Below, in pieces: positions 41,701-51,417 of a stretch of 64,000 nucleotides of DNA. A program made the translations under genes and the position numbers. The DNA lies in the NCBI GenBank assembly GCA_965261595.1, contig CBDHDG010000005.1:640001-704000 (forward strand). The letters are read 5' to 3'. Under the pieces are notes generated by a model that worked only from the letters and a program-made list of their open reading frames with translations, had not been told where the DNA came from and made no database searches. Source of the DNA: a bacterium (GTDB taxonomy: Bacteria > UBA8248 > JACPRG01 > G963555815). Every line of letters begins with the position of its first letter. Position 1 is the stretch's first letter.

Positions 41701-42088
41701 ATGAACGAACAAAAGCAAGAGGGGGCTTTGGCGGAGGGCGCCCGCAGGGCGAACGGAGCCAAGGCCCCAGGGCATCGCAGTGAGCGGGGTCGGTTCTCCT
41801 GCCAGGCGCAAGCGGGAGGCGGTCCTGCGTCTTTTGCGGGGCGAGAGCCTGGAGACGCTCTGCCGCGAGTTGGGCACGACAGCGGCTCGGCTTTCCGCCT
41901 GGCGCGAGGCGTTCCTTCGCGGGGGCGAGGCGGCGCTCAAAGCCCGCCCGGCGGATGAGCGGGACGAGGAGAACGCCCGGCTCAAGGCCAAGGTGGGCGA
42001 ACTCACGATGGAGGGCGAGGTCCTGCGGGAGAAGATCGACCGCCTGGAGGCCGGCCGCCCTTTAGCCGGCAGGAGGTGGAGGCGATGA
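41701..42088 (+). CDS. IS orfA (HTH), apparently frameshifted near 41797 or starting at GTG 41780
   Basis: RKREAVLRLLRGESLETLCRELG HTH and leucine-zipper-like RLKAKVGELTME. Confidence 0.75.
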
Positions 42089-42993
42089 GTCAGGCCCGCT
42101 TCACCTCCACGGGCAGAGCCTACGGCCTGAAGCGGGTGTGCGCCCTTTGGGGCTTGGCGCGCTCCACGGTCTACGCGCAACGGCGGCGAGAGGCGGTCCC
42201 CGTTCATGAACGCCCCACGCCCAATAAGCGCGGCCCTGTGGGCCCGTGCACCGATGCGGAACTCCTCGGCCACATCCGGCAGGTCCTGGAGGACTCTCCC
42301 TTCCATGGCGAGGGCTACCGCAAGGTGTGGGCGAGGCTGCGCTTCGCGGGCATCCGCACCAGCAAGGAGCGGGTGCGTCGCCTGATGCGGGAGGCGGGGC
42401 TTCAGGCCCCCCACCGGGTGGGCAAACCCCGAGGTCCCAAGGCCCACAACGGGACCATCCGCACCGAGCGGCCCGACCGAATGTGGGGCACGGACATGAC
42501 GACGACGGTGACCACCGAGGAGGGGATGGCCTCGGTGTTCGTGGCGGTGGATCACTGCTCGGTGGACTGCGTGGGGATCCATGCGGCCAAGAGCGGCAAC
42601 CGCTTCGAGGCCCTGGAGCCGATCCGGCAGGGGGTCGCCGAGCGCTTCGCCGGCTTGGAGGCGGACGTCGCCGAGGGGCTTAAAGTTCGTCACGACCACG
42701 GCCCCGCCTATCTGTCCGATGACTTTCAGCGGGAGATCGCCTACCTGGGCATGACCAGTTCGCCCAGCTTCGTGCGGGCGCCCGAGGGAAATGGCTACTG
42801 TGAGTGGTTTATCCGCATCTTGAAGGAGAATCTCCTGTGGGTGCGCTCTTTCGCCACCGTAGAGGAACTGCGGTGGGCGCTGCTTGAGTTCAAAAACCTG
42901 TACAACCATCATTGGATTCTCGAGGGCTACGGCTACCGAACGCCGGCCCAGGCAAGGCAGGAAAAACTCGCTCAAGTTGCGGAGGCCGCATGA
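42085..42993 (+). CDS. IS orfB DDE transposase (rve integrase core)
   Basis: GYRKVWARL, WGTDMT, RHDHGPAY, PEGNGYCEWF, YNHHW; ATGA overlap with orfA and AGGAGG SD. Confidence 0.93.
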   Translation: MSQARFTSTGRAYGLKRVCALWGLARSTVYAQRRREAVPVHERPTPNKRGPVGPCTDAELLGHIRQVLEDSPFHGEGYRKVWARLRFAGIRTSKERVRRLMREAGLQAPHRVGKPRGPKAHNGTIRTERPDRMWGTDMTTTVTTEEGMASVFVAVDHCSVDCVGIHAAKSGNRFEALEPIRQGVAERFAGLEADVAEGLKVRHDHGPAYLSDDFQREIAYLGMTSSPSFVRAPEGNGYCEWFIRILKENLLWVRSFATVEELRWALLEFKNLYNHHWILEGYGYRTPAQARQEKLAQVAEAA

Positions 42994-43172
42994 GGTCGAA
43001 TACCCTCACCCGAGTGTCCAATAACCCAGGGGCGGTCCAGTAGCTTGCATCCCGGCCAGCCAGCATCGATTGTGCGGAAACTTCTCCGCGAAGCCCTGAA
43101 TCGGCGATTAATTTCCCGTGTCATGACTGCGATGTTGGTATTAAGTTCGCCGGGAAGATGGCTGGAGGTGTG

Positions 43173-44303
43173 ATGCAAACCCTTTTGATTGCAACGGCCG
43201 ACGGCGTATGGGCCATAGAGCCATCCCGGTGCGAACGCGTTGGCCTGGTGGGTGAGCGGATTACCGCCTTGGCCGCTTCGCCCGAGGCAGGCGTGATCTA
43301 TGCCTCGACTGCTGCGGGACGGATTCATCAAAGCAAGGACCAGGGGACGACCTGGACGCTTCAGTTCCAGAGTAAATCCCGCAACCGGTTCACTGCTCTT
43401 GCTGTTTCGCCCTCGCCGCCCCATCCGGTATATGCCGGCACGTGGCCGGCGGACGTTTTCCGGTCCTCGGTCGGCGGAGCATGGGAGCAGCTGGAGTCCT
43501 TCCGAGAGATTGAGGGAGCGGAAGGCTGGGTTTTTCCGCCGCCCCCACACAAGGCACGAACGACCTCCTTTGCCTTTGACCCGTCGGACCCTTCCACTAT
43601 TTACGCGACGGTAGATCTCGGCGGCGTCATGAAGAGTGGGAACGGCGGCGAGTCGTGGCGGCCTCTCACGACCGATGTGAACCGGGACACGCACGATGTA
43701 CGACTCCATCCTCAAGATCCAGCTATTCTCTACGTCAGCACTGGATTCGGTTCGACCCATCGGCCGGGTGTTTACTGGTCTCGGGACGGGGGCGAAACCT
43801 GGGAGTTCCGTTACCGGGACGCGCATCCGGTCTATACGCTTCGGATGTGCATCGACCCGGTGCGGCCGGAAGTTCTCCACGTCGTCGCCTATCCCTACGC
43901 ACCGGGAGACTGGCACAACCCGACTGGGACGGGCGGAACACTCATGCGAACCGAGGACGGGGGAGCGACCTGGACGGCGCCCCACGTGGGTGTACACTTA
44001 CCCACGGTGAACTACGTCCCGATGATTCGGCCGGACCCTGTTGGGCCGGGGGGCGTGCTGTTCGCCATCAGCCCATTCCTTCCACCCACAGAGCCCCCGA
44101 AGGATGGACCGTCGGCCCGGTATTACAACGACGACGGGTACAATCCGCCGCTTCCCTATTACAATTTCACTGGGAATATCTCACCGTCGATGGATCCCCC
44201 CACGCGGGAAGCCCGAATTGTTCGTTCCGGTCCGGATGGAGACACCTGGGAGGTTGTAGCCACCGGCCTGCCGCCTCTTCAGGATTTCCTGCCCCTGGTC
44301 TGA
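43173..44303 (+). CDS. BNR/Asp-box beta-propeller protein
   Basis: Repeated S/TxDxGxTW boxes (SKDQGTTW, SGNGGESW, SRDGGETW, TEDGGATW). Confidence 0.85.
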   Translation: MQTLLIATADGVWAIEPSRCERVGLVGERITALAASPEAGVIYASTAAGRIHQSKDQGTTWTLQFQSKSRNRFTALAVSPSPPHPVYAGTWPADVFRSSVGGAWEQLESFREIEGAEGWVFPPPPHKARTTSFAFDPSDPSTIYATVDLGGVMKSGNGGESWRPLTTDVNRDTHDVRLHPQDPAILYVSTGFGSTHRPGVYWSRDGGETWEFRYRDAHPVYTLRMCIDPVRPEVLHVVAYPYAPGDWHNPTGTGGTLMRTEDGGATWTAPHVGVHLPTVNYVPMIRPDPVGPGGVLFAISPFLPPTEPPKDGPSARYYNDDGYNPPLPYYNFTGNISPSMDPPTREARIVRSGPDGDTWEVVATGLPPLQDFLPLV

Positions 44304-44522
44304 GCGAAGGTGGCGGGATCGAATGCTGCGTTGTTGTATCGGAGAACGTTGAACAAGATCGGTTGGGATGATCTTTGCGGGACGATATCAGGCTTGGCGG
44401 GGATAGCGCAGTAGCGCTCATTTATCGGGCCGCGGTGATTAAGCAGTGCTCATGGGCTTCAGGAGGCTTCGCTGAACGGTCGGCCGTTATGGGTGTAGGG
44501 GTCGAGTTTCGTCCGGAGGTTG

Positions 44523-45374
44523 TTAGGATGACCGATCCGGCTCCAGCGCCGCGCCGACGGGCCATTCCATGATCGTGATGCCCGTGAACCACACCGGCTC
44601 CGGCTCGTAGACCCAGGTTTCCGCCCGGGTGTTTCCGGCAACGGCTGCCGCTGCGATCCAATTGCGGACCTCGTTGGCCCCGTTTCCGCCGGCATCGATC
44701 TTTTTCTGGCTCCACCCCGCAAGCTGGTTGGCCCGGCCTTCGGAGAGGAGTTCAATCGCTGTTCGGTCCCAGCCCTCGTCTATCCGGCCCATCTCGGGCG
44801 TTCCGATCCAGTGGGACATGGCGCCGGTGCCCAGCACCCCCACGCGATCGATCCGGTCGTAATCCTCCAGCGCGCGCCGCACGGCGAGGCCGAGGGCGTA
44901 GGACCGCTCCGCCGGCGGGAGGGGGGGCGAGACGGTGTTTTGCAAGATCGGGACGAGGGGGATCGGGGGGTCTCCCATTCGGTGAATCGGCGTGACGACG
45001 GAATGGTCGAGGTCCATCTCGCGGCACAGGAGCGGATCGAACCCGTTGTCCAACAGGGCCACCGCCAGGTGGAGGCCGAGGTCCGCGTCGCCCCTCCGCC
45101 CCCCATTCACTTTCGGCATCCATCCCTCGCTGGAGACGTTCAGGTGCCTTGGGGACGCCCCCACCGCCAGGGCCGGGAAGCAGTCAGGGGAGAAGGTCTG
45201 GATGTGGTCGTTGCCGAAGACGATCAGCGCCTCGACATCCCGCTCGATCAATGTCCGGCCCACCCGCTCGTAGGTCGAGAAGACCTTCTCTCTGACCTCC
45301 GCGGGGGCCTCCTCCGCCCGGGTGATGAGGAGGGGCGCGTGGCTGACACCGAAGACGGCGATTACCTCAGCCAC
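44523..45374 (-). CDS. Class III extradiol ring-cleavage dioxygenase catalytic subunit (LigB-like)
   Basis: SHAP, NDH, LDHS, GTGAMSH, NEVRNWI. Confidence 0.9.
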   Translation of the reverse strand: MAEVIAVFGVSHAPLLITRAEEAPAEVREKVFSTYERVGRTLIERDVEALIVFGNDHIQTFSPDCFPALAVGASPRHLNVSSEGWMPKVNGGRRGDADLGLHLAVALLDNGFDPLLCREMDLDHSVVTPIHRMGDPPIPLVPILQNTVSPPLPPAERSYALGLAVRRALEDYDRIDRVGVLGTGAMSHWIGTPEMGRIDEGWDRTAIELLSEGRANQLAGWSQKKIDAGGNGANEVRNWIAAAAVAGNTRAETWVYEPEPVWFTGITIMEWPVGAALEPDRSS

Positions 45375-45654
45375 GATGTTCCCCCTGGATCGTCGAGCCG
45401 GGAAAGGAAAGGCCCTCCAGCGCCGCGCGAAACTCGTTGTCTGTGATGTGGTTCCAGTGCTGGAAAAAGCGCAACAGGTACGGGTTCACCCCCAGCAGCC
45501 ACAGGGTGCGAAGATCAGCCTTGTCCACGGCGGCGATTTCCTCTTCGGTCAGGTCATACGTGGAGAGAAACGCGGCGGTGTCCGCGCTGTATCGTTCACG
45601 GATTTCCGGAAACTGGAGGTCGTGGATGAACTTATTCAGGGCAGGAAGTGACAT
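45367..45654 (-). CDS. LigA-like small subunit of extradiol dioxygenase
   Basis: YDLTEEEIAAV...DLRTLWLLGVNPYLL; overlaps the LigB-like start. Confidence 0.85.
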   Translation of the reverse strand: MSLPALNKFIHDLQFPEIRERYSADTAAFLSTYDLTEEEIAAVDKADLRTLWLLGVNPYLLRFFQHWNHITDNEFRAALEGLSFPGSTIQGEHRG

Positions 45655-45935
45655 CGAGTGTCTGCCGGGCGGTGGAAATCCCTCGTTGGGCCGGGCATTT
45701 TCACGGTTCGGCGGCCTTTGATTGCGGACATAGCGTCCGCGGAGTTCCTAACGGCCTCACATCGTATCACAATCCTTGCGCACGACAGAATCCGGCTTCC
45801 CCCAAGCGGTTTCATGGATATCACCGTCGAGCGGAGGACACGGCTCCGAGCTTCGAGGTCAGCGAAGCGCGCAAGCGGATATCTAGGGTCCAAAGGGGAG
45901 AGACCGCAATCCTGAAGGGGATGGGGGAGGACGGT

Positions 45936-46781
45936 CTAAAGGCCCCCCTCGTCCTTGAGCTGGTCGTAGACCCTCTCGATGTTCCGCTTCTGGACGACCG
46001 GCGCAATCGTTTCATATTCGGGAGGGATGGGGAGCTGGTCGATGAACGTGATCCGCTCGGCCGCCTCCTCCCGGGTGAGCCCGTTATCAATGGCGTCTCT
46101 CACCGTATTGAAGATCTCCGTCAGGGTCGCACGCTGGATGGGGAGATACGACTTGTCGCAGACCTTCCCGTGGCTTGGAACCAGGACGTCCACATTCATC
46201 TCTTCCAACACATCGAGGGCCTCCAGCCAAAGGCGGGGGATGCACTGGTGGAGCCAGGGCATGAGGTCGTTGAAGATCAGGTCGCTTGTGAAGACGAGGC
46301 GGTGGCGCGGCAGGTGAACGATGGTGGTGTTCGGGAGGTGACCGGGGAGGTTCACGAGCCGGATTTCCTCTCCTCCCAAACGGAGGGTGAGACGCCGCGA
46401 AAAGGTCAGGGTGGGCTCCCTCGGGACGTACCCCTCCATGAAGGGAAGGCCCTCGGGGTCGCTCTTGGCGACAAAATCCGCGGCGTTGTCTATCTGCCCG
46501 CCCGAAATTGGCGAAAGCTCGTGGAAAAACTCCCGCGTTCCCTCATGCGCCACGATCTCCCCTTCGAAAAATGAGTTTCCCAGGATGTGGTCGATGTGGT
46601 GCTCGGTGTTGATGATGTAGGCCACGGGCCCGTGTTTTTTCAGGTCTTCCCGCCACCGGACGGCAACCGATGGAGGCTCGGGTGTGTCGATCAAGACAAC
46701 GCCTTCCGGCGTTACCACATAACCCGGGTTACACCCCGGAATGTTTGTCTCGATGAAGACTCCCTTCGCAATCTCCTCCAT
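45936..46781 (-). CDS. Metallo-beta-lactamase-fold hydrolase (cyclase-like)
   Basis: VLIDT, NTEHHIDHILGN, PGH, SDL, VPSHG. Confidence 0.9.
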   Translation of the reverse strand: MEEIAKGVFIETNIPGCNPGYVVTPEGVVLIDTPEPPSVAVRWREDLKKHGPVAYIINTEHHIDHILGNSFFEGEIVAHEGTREFFHELSPISGGQIDNAADFVAKSDPEGLPFMEGYVPREPTLTFSRRLTLRLGGEEIRLVNLPGHLPNTTIVHLPRHRLVFTSDLIFNDLMPWLHQCIPRLWLEALDVLEEMNVDVLVPSHGKVCDKSYLPIQRATLTEIFNTVRDAIDNGLTREEAAERITFIDQLPIPPEYETIAPVVQKRNIERVYDQLKDEGGL

Positions 46782-47128
46782 GGGATCTCCTCGGGAATGT
46801 GAAGGTTGCCGGCCTCATTGGCCCCTCGCATAAAGGCCGGGAGATTCGGTCTTATTCGTCATTCTCTTATTCCTCTCCGGGCGGCCTGCTCTTCGTTGTC
46901 CCTTGCCGGCTTTCGAAGCGTGATGCAGCCAACAATTCTTGGTGATTCTTTGAGTGATCAGCCTCCCTGACCCTTTGCCTCGAAGTATAGAGTAATTTGT
47001 TGATCCCGTCAGTTGGGGACTTGAGAGATAGGCGGATAAAGATCAAGCTGTATGGAGTGCCGGGGGAAAATGTGGCAAGGTGGCAGCGGTTCTTGAGTTC
47101 TCCAATCGCAAAGGGAAGATGATTTGCC

Positions 47129-48022
47129 ATGACCATCACGCGCGTTGACAGCTTCCATTTCCATCCCGGAATGAAAGATTACGTCCTAGCCCTGAAGCGG
47201 GCCGACCCCGCCGGCACACCCTGGACGCCATTGGAGAAGCCGCTTGCCGAGTGTACGGTCACGCTGGTCTCTTCCGCCGCAATCCACCGGAAGGGAGACA
47301 CCCCGTTCGATCTGGAGCGAGAGCGCCGCGAGCCCACCTGGGGCGACCCCACCCACCGGGAGATCCCCCGCTCGGCCGGGCAGGATGACACCGCGTACAC
47401 GCATCTCCACATCGACACCTCCTACCTGGAACAAGACCGGAACGTCGCCTGGCCCGTGGACATCTTCGAGGATTACGGGCGGGAGGGAAGAATCGGACGG
47501 TTGGCGGATACGCTCTATTCCATCATGGGTTATATCCCGAACTTCCATCCCCTGGTGAAGAAGACCACCCCGGCCCTGATCGCCCGGATGAAGGAAGAGG
47601 AGGTGGACGCCGCTTTCCTCATTCCCGTTTGACCCATTTGCCCGCGGTCGGTCGGACTGCTTCAGCGTGAGATTGAAAAGGCGGGGATCGCGACGGTGTC
47701 CGTCAGCAACGTGCCGGAAATCACCGAGCGGGTAGCCGTCCCGCGCGCAGTATTTGTTCAGCATCCCTTCGGCCGGGTGCTCGGGGACGTCGGGGACCGG
47801 GCCGGACAGCGGCGGGTCTGTGACGCCGCCCTCGAATCGCTGGAGTCGGCGGATTCCCCCAACCACCATCGCCACTTGCCCTACGTGTGGCCGGAATCCC
47901 CCGAGAAAGTGAAGTGGCGGCCGGACGTGCCGCCCCCCTTGGGCAGTTACGTCCGGCAGGGAAAGCTGGACCATGCCGAGACGGTTGTCCGGGCCCTGCG
48001 CGACGAGGAGCGCGAAGGCTAG
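47129..48022 (+). CDS. PrdB/GrdB-family (glycine/sarcosine/betaine/proline reductase selenoprotein B-like) selenoprotein, 297 aa, Sec at codon 168 (TGA 47630-47632)
   Basis: PrdB-like motifs on both sides of an in-frame TGA (PWTPLEKPL, GDPTHREIP, DRNVAWP, EGRIG, MGY, VDAAFLIPV-U-PICPRSVGLLQREIEKAGIATV...VPRA...PFG...LPY); UxxC; SECIS-like hairpin. Confidence 0.9.
47644..47660 (+). promoter_or_regulatory. Bacterial SECIS-like stem-loop
   Basis: GCGGUC-GGUCG-GACUGC: 6-bp stem with G-rich apical loop starting 11 nt after the UGA. Confidence 0.8.
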
Positions 48023-48068
48023 GTTCGCGTCTCCAAAATCAATTGACACTTCCTAAATTGCCGAGAAG

Positions 48069-48090
48069 GCGGGCAAGATGCCCGCCCTGC
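48069..48090. repeat. REP-like short palindrome
   Basis: GCGGGCA-AGA-TGCCCGC downstream of the selenoprotein stop. Confidence 0.5.
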
Positions 48091-48357
48091 CTGGATTGAA
48101 AACACCGTGTTTCCATCGTTCGGTAGGCCGGGCGTTTGGGTCGGATGACCCCTTGCCCGGCCGGAAAGAGACCATTCGGGTCCCAATATGTAAAACCATT
48201 TGGGGGTTGGCGGGTTCCCGCGTTTCGGGCTTTGGCTTGAGGATGCGGAGGCCGACGAGCGGGTCCGCGAGATTCAAGGGCCGGTTTTCGCGTCGGGGCT
48301 TATCGGGGGGGGAGGGGGGCCGGAGGACAGGGCGCGCCCGGGTCAACACGCGATGGA

Positions 48358-51141
48358 TTATCCGTCGTCCCGCTCCCACGGGTTGGCGGCCAGCCATGTT
48401 TCGACAATCTCGGCTTCACGTTCCAGTCTTGTCAAGATCGGTCCGGCGTCCCGGATGGTTCCGGCCCTTCCCATGGTTTCCAGTTGTCCGCAAAGGTCCA
48501 CCACCTTTTTGGCGCCGACGATGTGGCCGGCGCCCTTCAAGGTGTGGGCCGCGCGCCAGATGGACTCGGCGTCCCGTTGATCGATGGCCTTCCGCAACTC
48601 CGCGAGTCGAGAGGGCGCATCCTCCAGATACAGACCGACCAGCTTTTTCACGACGCCGGGATTGCCATCCTTTTCGAGCTGGATGAGCCGGTCGATCGCT
48701 TCCCGATCGATGGGATCTCCATCGGAATCGCGCGGATCGTTCTCGCCGGCCAGGGGCGCGGCGTCCTGCGTGGCTTGGCCGCGCCACTTGCGAAGCACGT
48801 CGGAGAGCGACTCCCCGCTGACGGGTTTTTCGAGGAAATCGTCCATGCCCGCCGCCAGACATTTTTCCCGGTCTCCTTCCATGGCGAAAGCCGTCAGGGC
48901 GATGATGGGAACGCGCCGGCCCGATGGGTCCTCTTTTTTCCTGATCCTCCGTGTGGCCTCGAACCCGTCCATCGTCGGCATTTGGCAATCCATCAAAATC
49001 AAATCGTAGGGATCGCTCGACCATGCGGCCAGGGCTTCCTCCCCGTCGGCCGCCGTATCGACCCGGCATCCGAGGCACCCGAGCATGAGGATGACGACCT
49101 CCCGGTTGACCGCGTTGTCTTCGGCCAACAGGACGCGGGCGTTGAATTTCGGCGCGATATCCTCCCGGGACCGGTCGGGCGGGGATTCGGGGGGGCGGGG
49201 GCCGGATACGCCCATGACCTCCGACAGGCAGGCGATGAGGCGGGACGGACTGACGGGTTTGGTCAGGACAGTCTGAATGCCGAATTGACGGAGACGCTCC
49301 GGTTTCATCTGGAGAACGCCTCGGGTGACGATCACCCAGCGGACGGACGGCGGCTCCCGATCCGCTTTGAGCTCCTTGGCCAGCTCCAGGTGGTTGACCC
49401 CCGGAGGGTTCGAATCCAGCAGGACGACGTTGTATGGTTGTAGGTCTTTCGCGGATTGAAGGGCCTTGAAGGCCTGCCGGCTGTCTTCGACGATGTCGTT
49501 TTGTATCCCGAATGTGGTCATGTGATACCGCAGGATGTCGCGGCTTGTGGCGTTGCCGCCGGCGATGAGGACCCGCGCGCGCTTCACATCCGGATGGAGG
49601 GCCGGCGGAGGCTCGGGGCCGTTTGCGTCGGAGGCCTGTTTTTCCAGCCGGATGGAGAAGTGGAAGATCGATCCGCGGCCGGGTTCGCTCTCGACGGTGA
49701 TTCGCCCGCCCATCATTCCAACAATTTGCCGGACAATCGCCAGACCCAGACCCGTTCCGCCGTATCTGCGGGTGGTGGATTCATCCGCCTGGGAAAAGGA
49801 CTCGAAGATGCGCTCCCGGGCGGCGTCCGGGATTCCGACGCCGGTGTCGCGGACCTCGAATCGCAGAACCGCGGCATTCTCTTCCTCACGCTCCGATGAG
49901 ACCCGAAGCGTCACCTCCCCGGTCTCGGTGAATTTGATGGCGTTGTCCACCAGGTTTGTCAGGACCTGGGCGATGCGCCCCGGATCGCCCCTCAATGCGG
50001 CGGGCGCGTCCCGCTCGATTCGGTAAGCCAGCTCCAGGCCTTTGTTGTGGGCGCGGTCGGCCAGGAGCTCGATGACGTTGTCGATGGTGTCGGAGAGGTT
50101 GAAGTCGATGATTTCCAGCTCCAGCTTTCCCGCTTCCACCTTCGAGAGATCCAGGATCTCGTTGAGGAGTCCCAGGAGCGACCTCCCCGAGCGCTGGATG
50201 GTCCGCGAGAGCCGCCGTTGGTGGTCCGTCAACTCCGTGTGAGTCAGCAATTCCACCATGCCCAAAATGCCGTTCATGGGCGTGCGGATTTCGTGGCTCA
50301 TGTTCGCCAGGAATTGGGACTTGGACCGGTTCGCGCTCTCGGCCGCTTCCTTGGCCTTTTCCAGCTCGGCGACCGCGCTCTCGAGCTCGCGGTTGCTTTT
50401 CAGGAGCTCGGCGGTCCGGGTGCGGACGAGTCCTTCCAGCCGTTCGCTGTGTTGCGCCCATTCATCTTCGCGGGGCGGGTTCTGTGAGAACATCTCGCGG
50501 GCGCCGGCCCGGGGCGTCCCAGGCGCCTCTCCGTGTCGGCCTGCCCGGATGGCCTGTTGATCTTCCTCCGAAGGGTGTTCCGTAGGCGCCGCCGGCGTCA
50601 GGGCGGGATGAGGGATCCTCCGCCGGAGGCCGGAGGACAACAACAGGGCCGCCAGCACGGACGCCGGCAGGAGGACGGCGAGGGTCCCGGTGTAGCGCCA
50701 CAGGCGCGCGTAGAGCGGTTCCGGGTCCCCCCGAAGGTAGACCGTTCCGATTCTTTCCCCGTTCAGAACGATGGGCTCGAACCTCTCCAGGCGGCCGGCC
50801 GCCTCTGGCGGCGGACAACGCCGCTCCGTGTCCGCGCGATGGCGCCGGGCAAACACCGATCCGTCTTTCGCTCGGATACAGGCGGAGAGGATCCGTCTTT
50901 CAAGCGCGAGGGCGGCGAGAATTCTTTCGGCCGCCGCCGGGTCATCTGAAACCAGGGCGGCGGCCGAGCTCGCGCCGACGATCCCGGCCAGGACCGAGAG
51001 GTCTTTTGTGAAGGACCGTTGGAAGGCGACCCATTCGTATGTGAAATATCCGGCGCAAGCCAGCAGGAGGGCGACGGGCCCGATCAGTATGACGATCAGC
51101 GTTTGCTTATTCCGGGAGGAAAGGTATCGGAACGAAGACAT
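48358..51141 (-). CDS. Hybrid sensor histidine kinase (2 TM, HisKA, HATPase, 2 REC, Hpt)
   Basis: [51 protein letters not shown]. Confidence 0.94.
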   Translation of the reverse strand: MSSFRYLSSRNKQTLIVILIGPVALLLACAGYFTYEWVAFQRSFTKDLSVLAGIVGASSAAALVSDDPAAAERILAALALERRILSACIRAKDGSVFARRHRADTERRCPPPEAAGRLERFEPIVLNGERIGTVYLRGDPEPLYARLWRYTGTLAVLLPASVLAALLLSSGLRRRIPHPALTPAAPTEHPSEEDQQAIRAGRHGEAPGTPRAGAREMFSQNPPREDEWAQHSERLEGLVRTRTAELLKSNRELESAVAELEKAKEAAESANRSKSQFLANMSHEIRTPMNGILGMVELLTHTELTDHQRRLSRTIQRSGRSLLGLLNEILDLSKVEAGKLELEIIDFNLSDTIDNVIELLADRAHNKGLELAYRIERDAPAALRGDPGRIAQVLTNLVDNAIKFTETGEVTLRVSSEREEENAAVLRFEVRDTGVGIPDAARERIFESFSQADESTTRRYGGTGLGLAIVRQIVGMMGGRITVESEPGRGSIFHFSIRLEKQASDANGPEPPPALHPDVKRARVLIAGGNATSRDILRYHMTTFGIQNDIVEDSRQAFKALQSAKDLQPYNVVLLDSNPPGVNHLELAKELKADREPPSVRWVIVTRGVLQMKPERLRQFGIQTVLTKPVSPSRLIACLSEVMGVSGPRPPESPPDRSREDIAPKFNARVLLAEDNAVNREVVILMLGCLGCRVDTAADGEEALAAWSSDPYDLILMDCQMPTMDGFEATRRIRKKEDPSGRRVPIIALTAFAMEGDREKCLAAGMDDFLEKPVSGESLSDVLRKWRGQATQDAAPLAGENDPRDSDGDPIDREAIDRLIQLEKDGNPGVVKKLVGLYLEDAPSRLAELRKAIDQRDAESIWRAAHTLKGAGHIVGAKKVVDLCGQLETMGRAGTIRDAGPILTRLEREAEIVETWLAANPWERDDG

Positions 51142-51417
51142 GTCCGTCCTTCTTTCCGGTGGGTGCATGGCGGACGGAACCGGCTGGTGTCAGGATCTCG
51201 GGGGTGACTCTCAGTCCCGCCTTCGCCGCGTTCGGGCCATTTTCTCGGCTGCGCCGATTTGGCTGACATGCCAAGGCTGAAAACCAGGGTCATCTTGGCC
51301 GACGCGGACAATTGGAATCCATTCTATGTCCGAATAGGGGAGCGGGGTCAAAGGGGGCGGGCGAATCGGCGGGTTGGGGATGGATGGTTGGAAGCCCGGT
51401 GGATCGCGGGAATCGGT

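Larger units (their letters stand above)
41635..43039 (+). mobile_element. IS3-like insertion sequence, copy 1 (1405 bp) with 4-bp GTAG target duplication
   Basis: GTAG at 41631-41634 and 43040-43043; imperfect IRs sharing CCGC...GGGTT...GACACTCG; orfA HTH plus orfB DDE. Confidence 0.9.
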
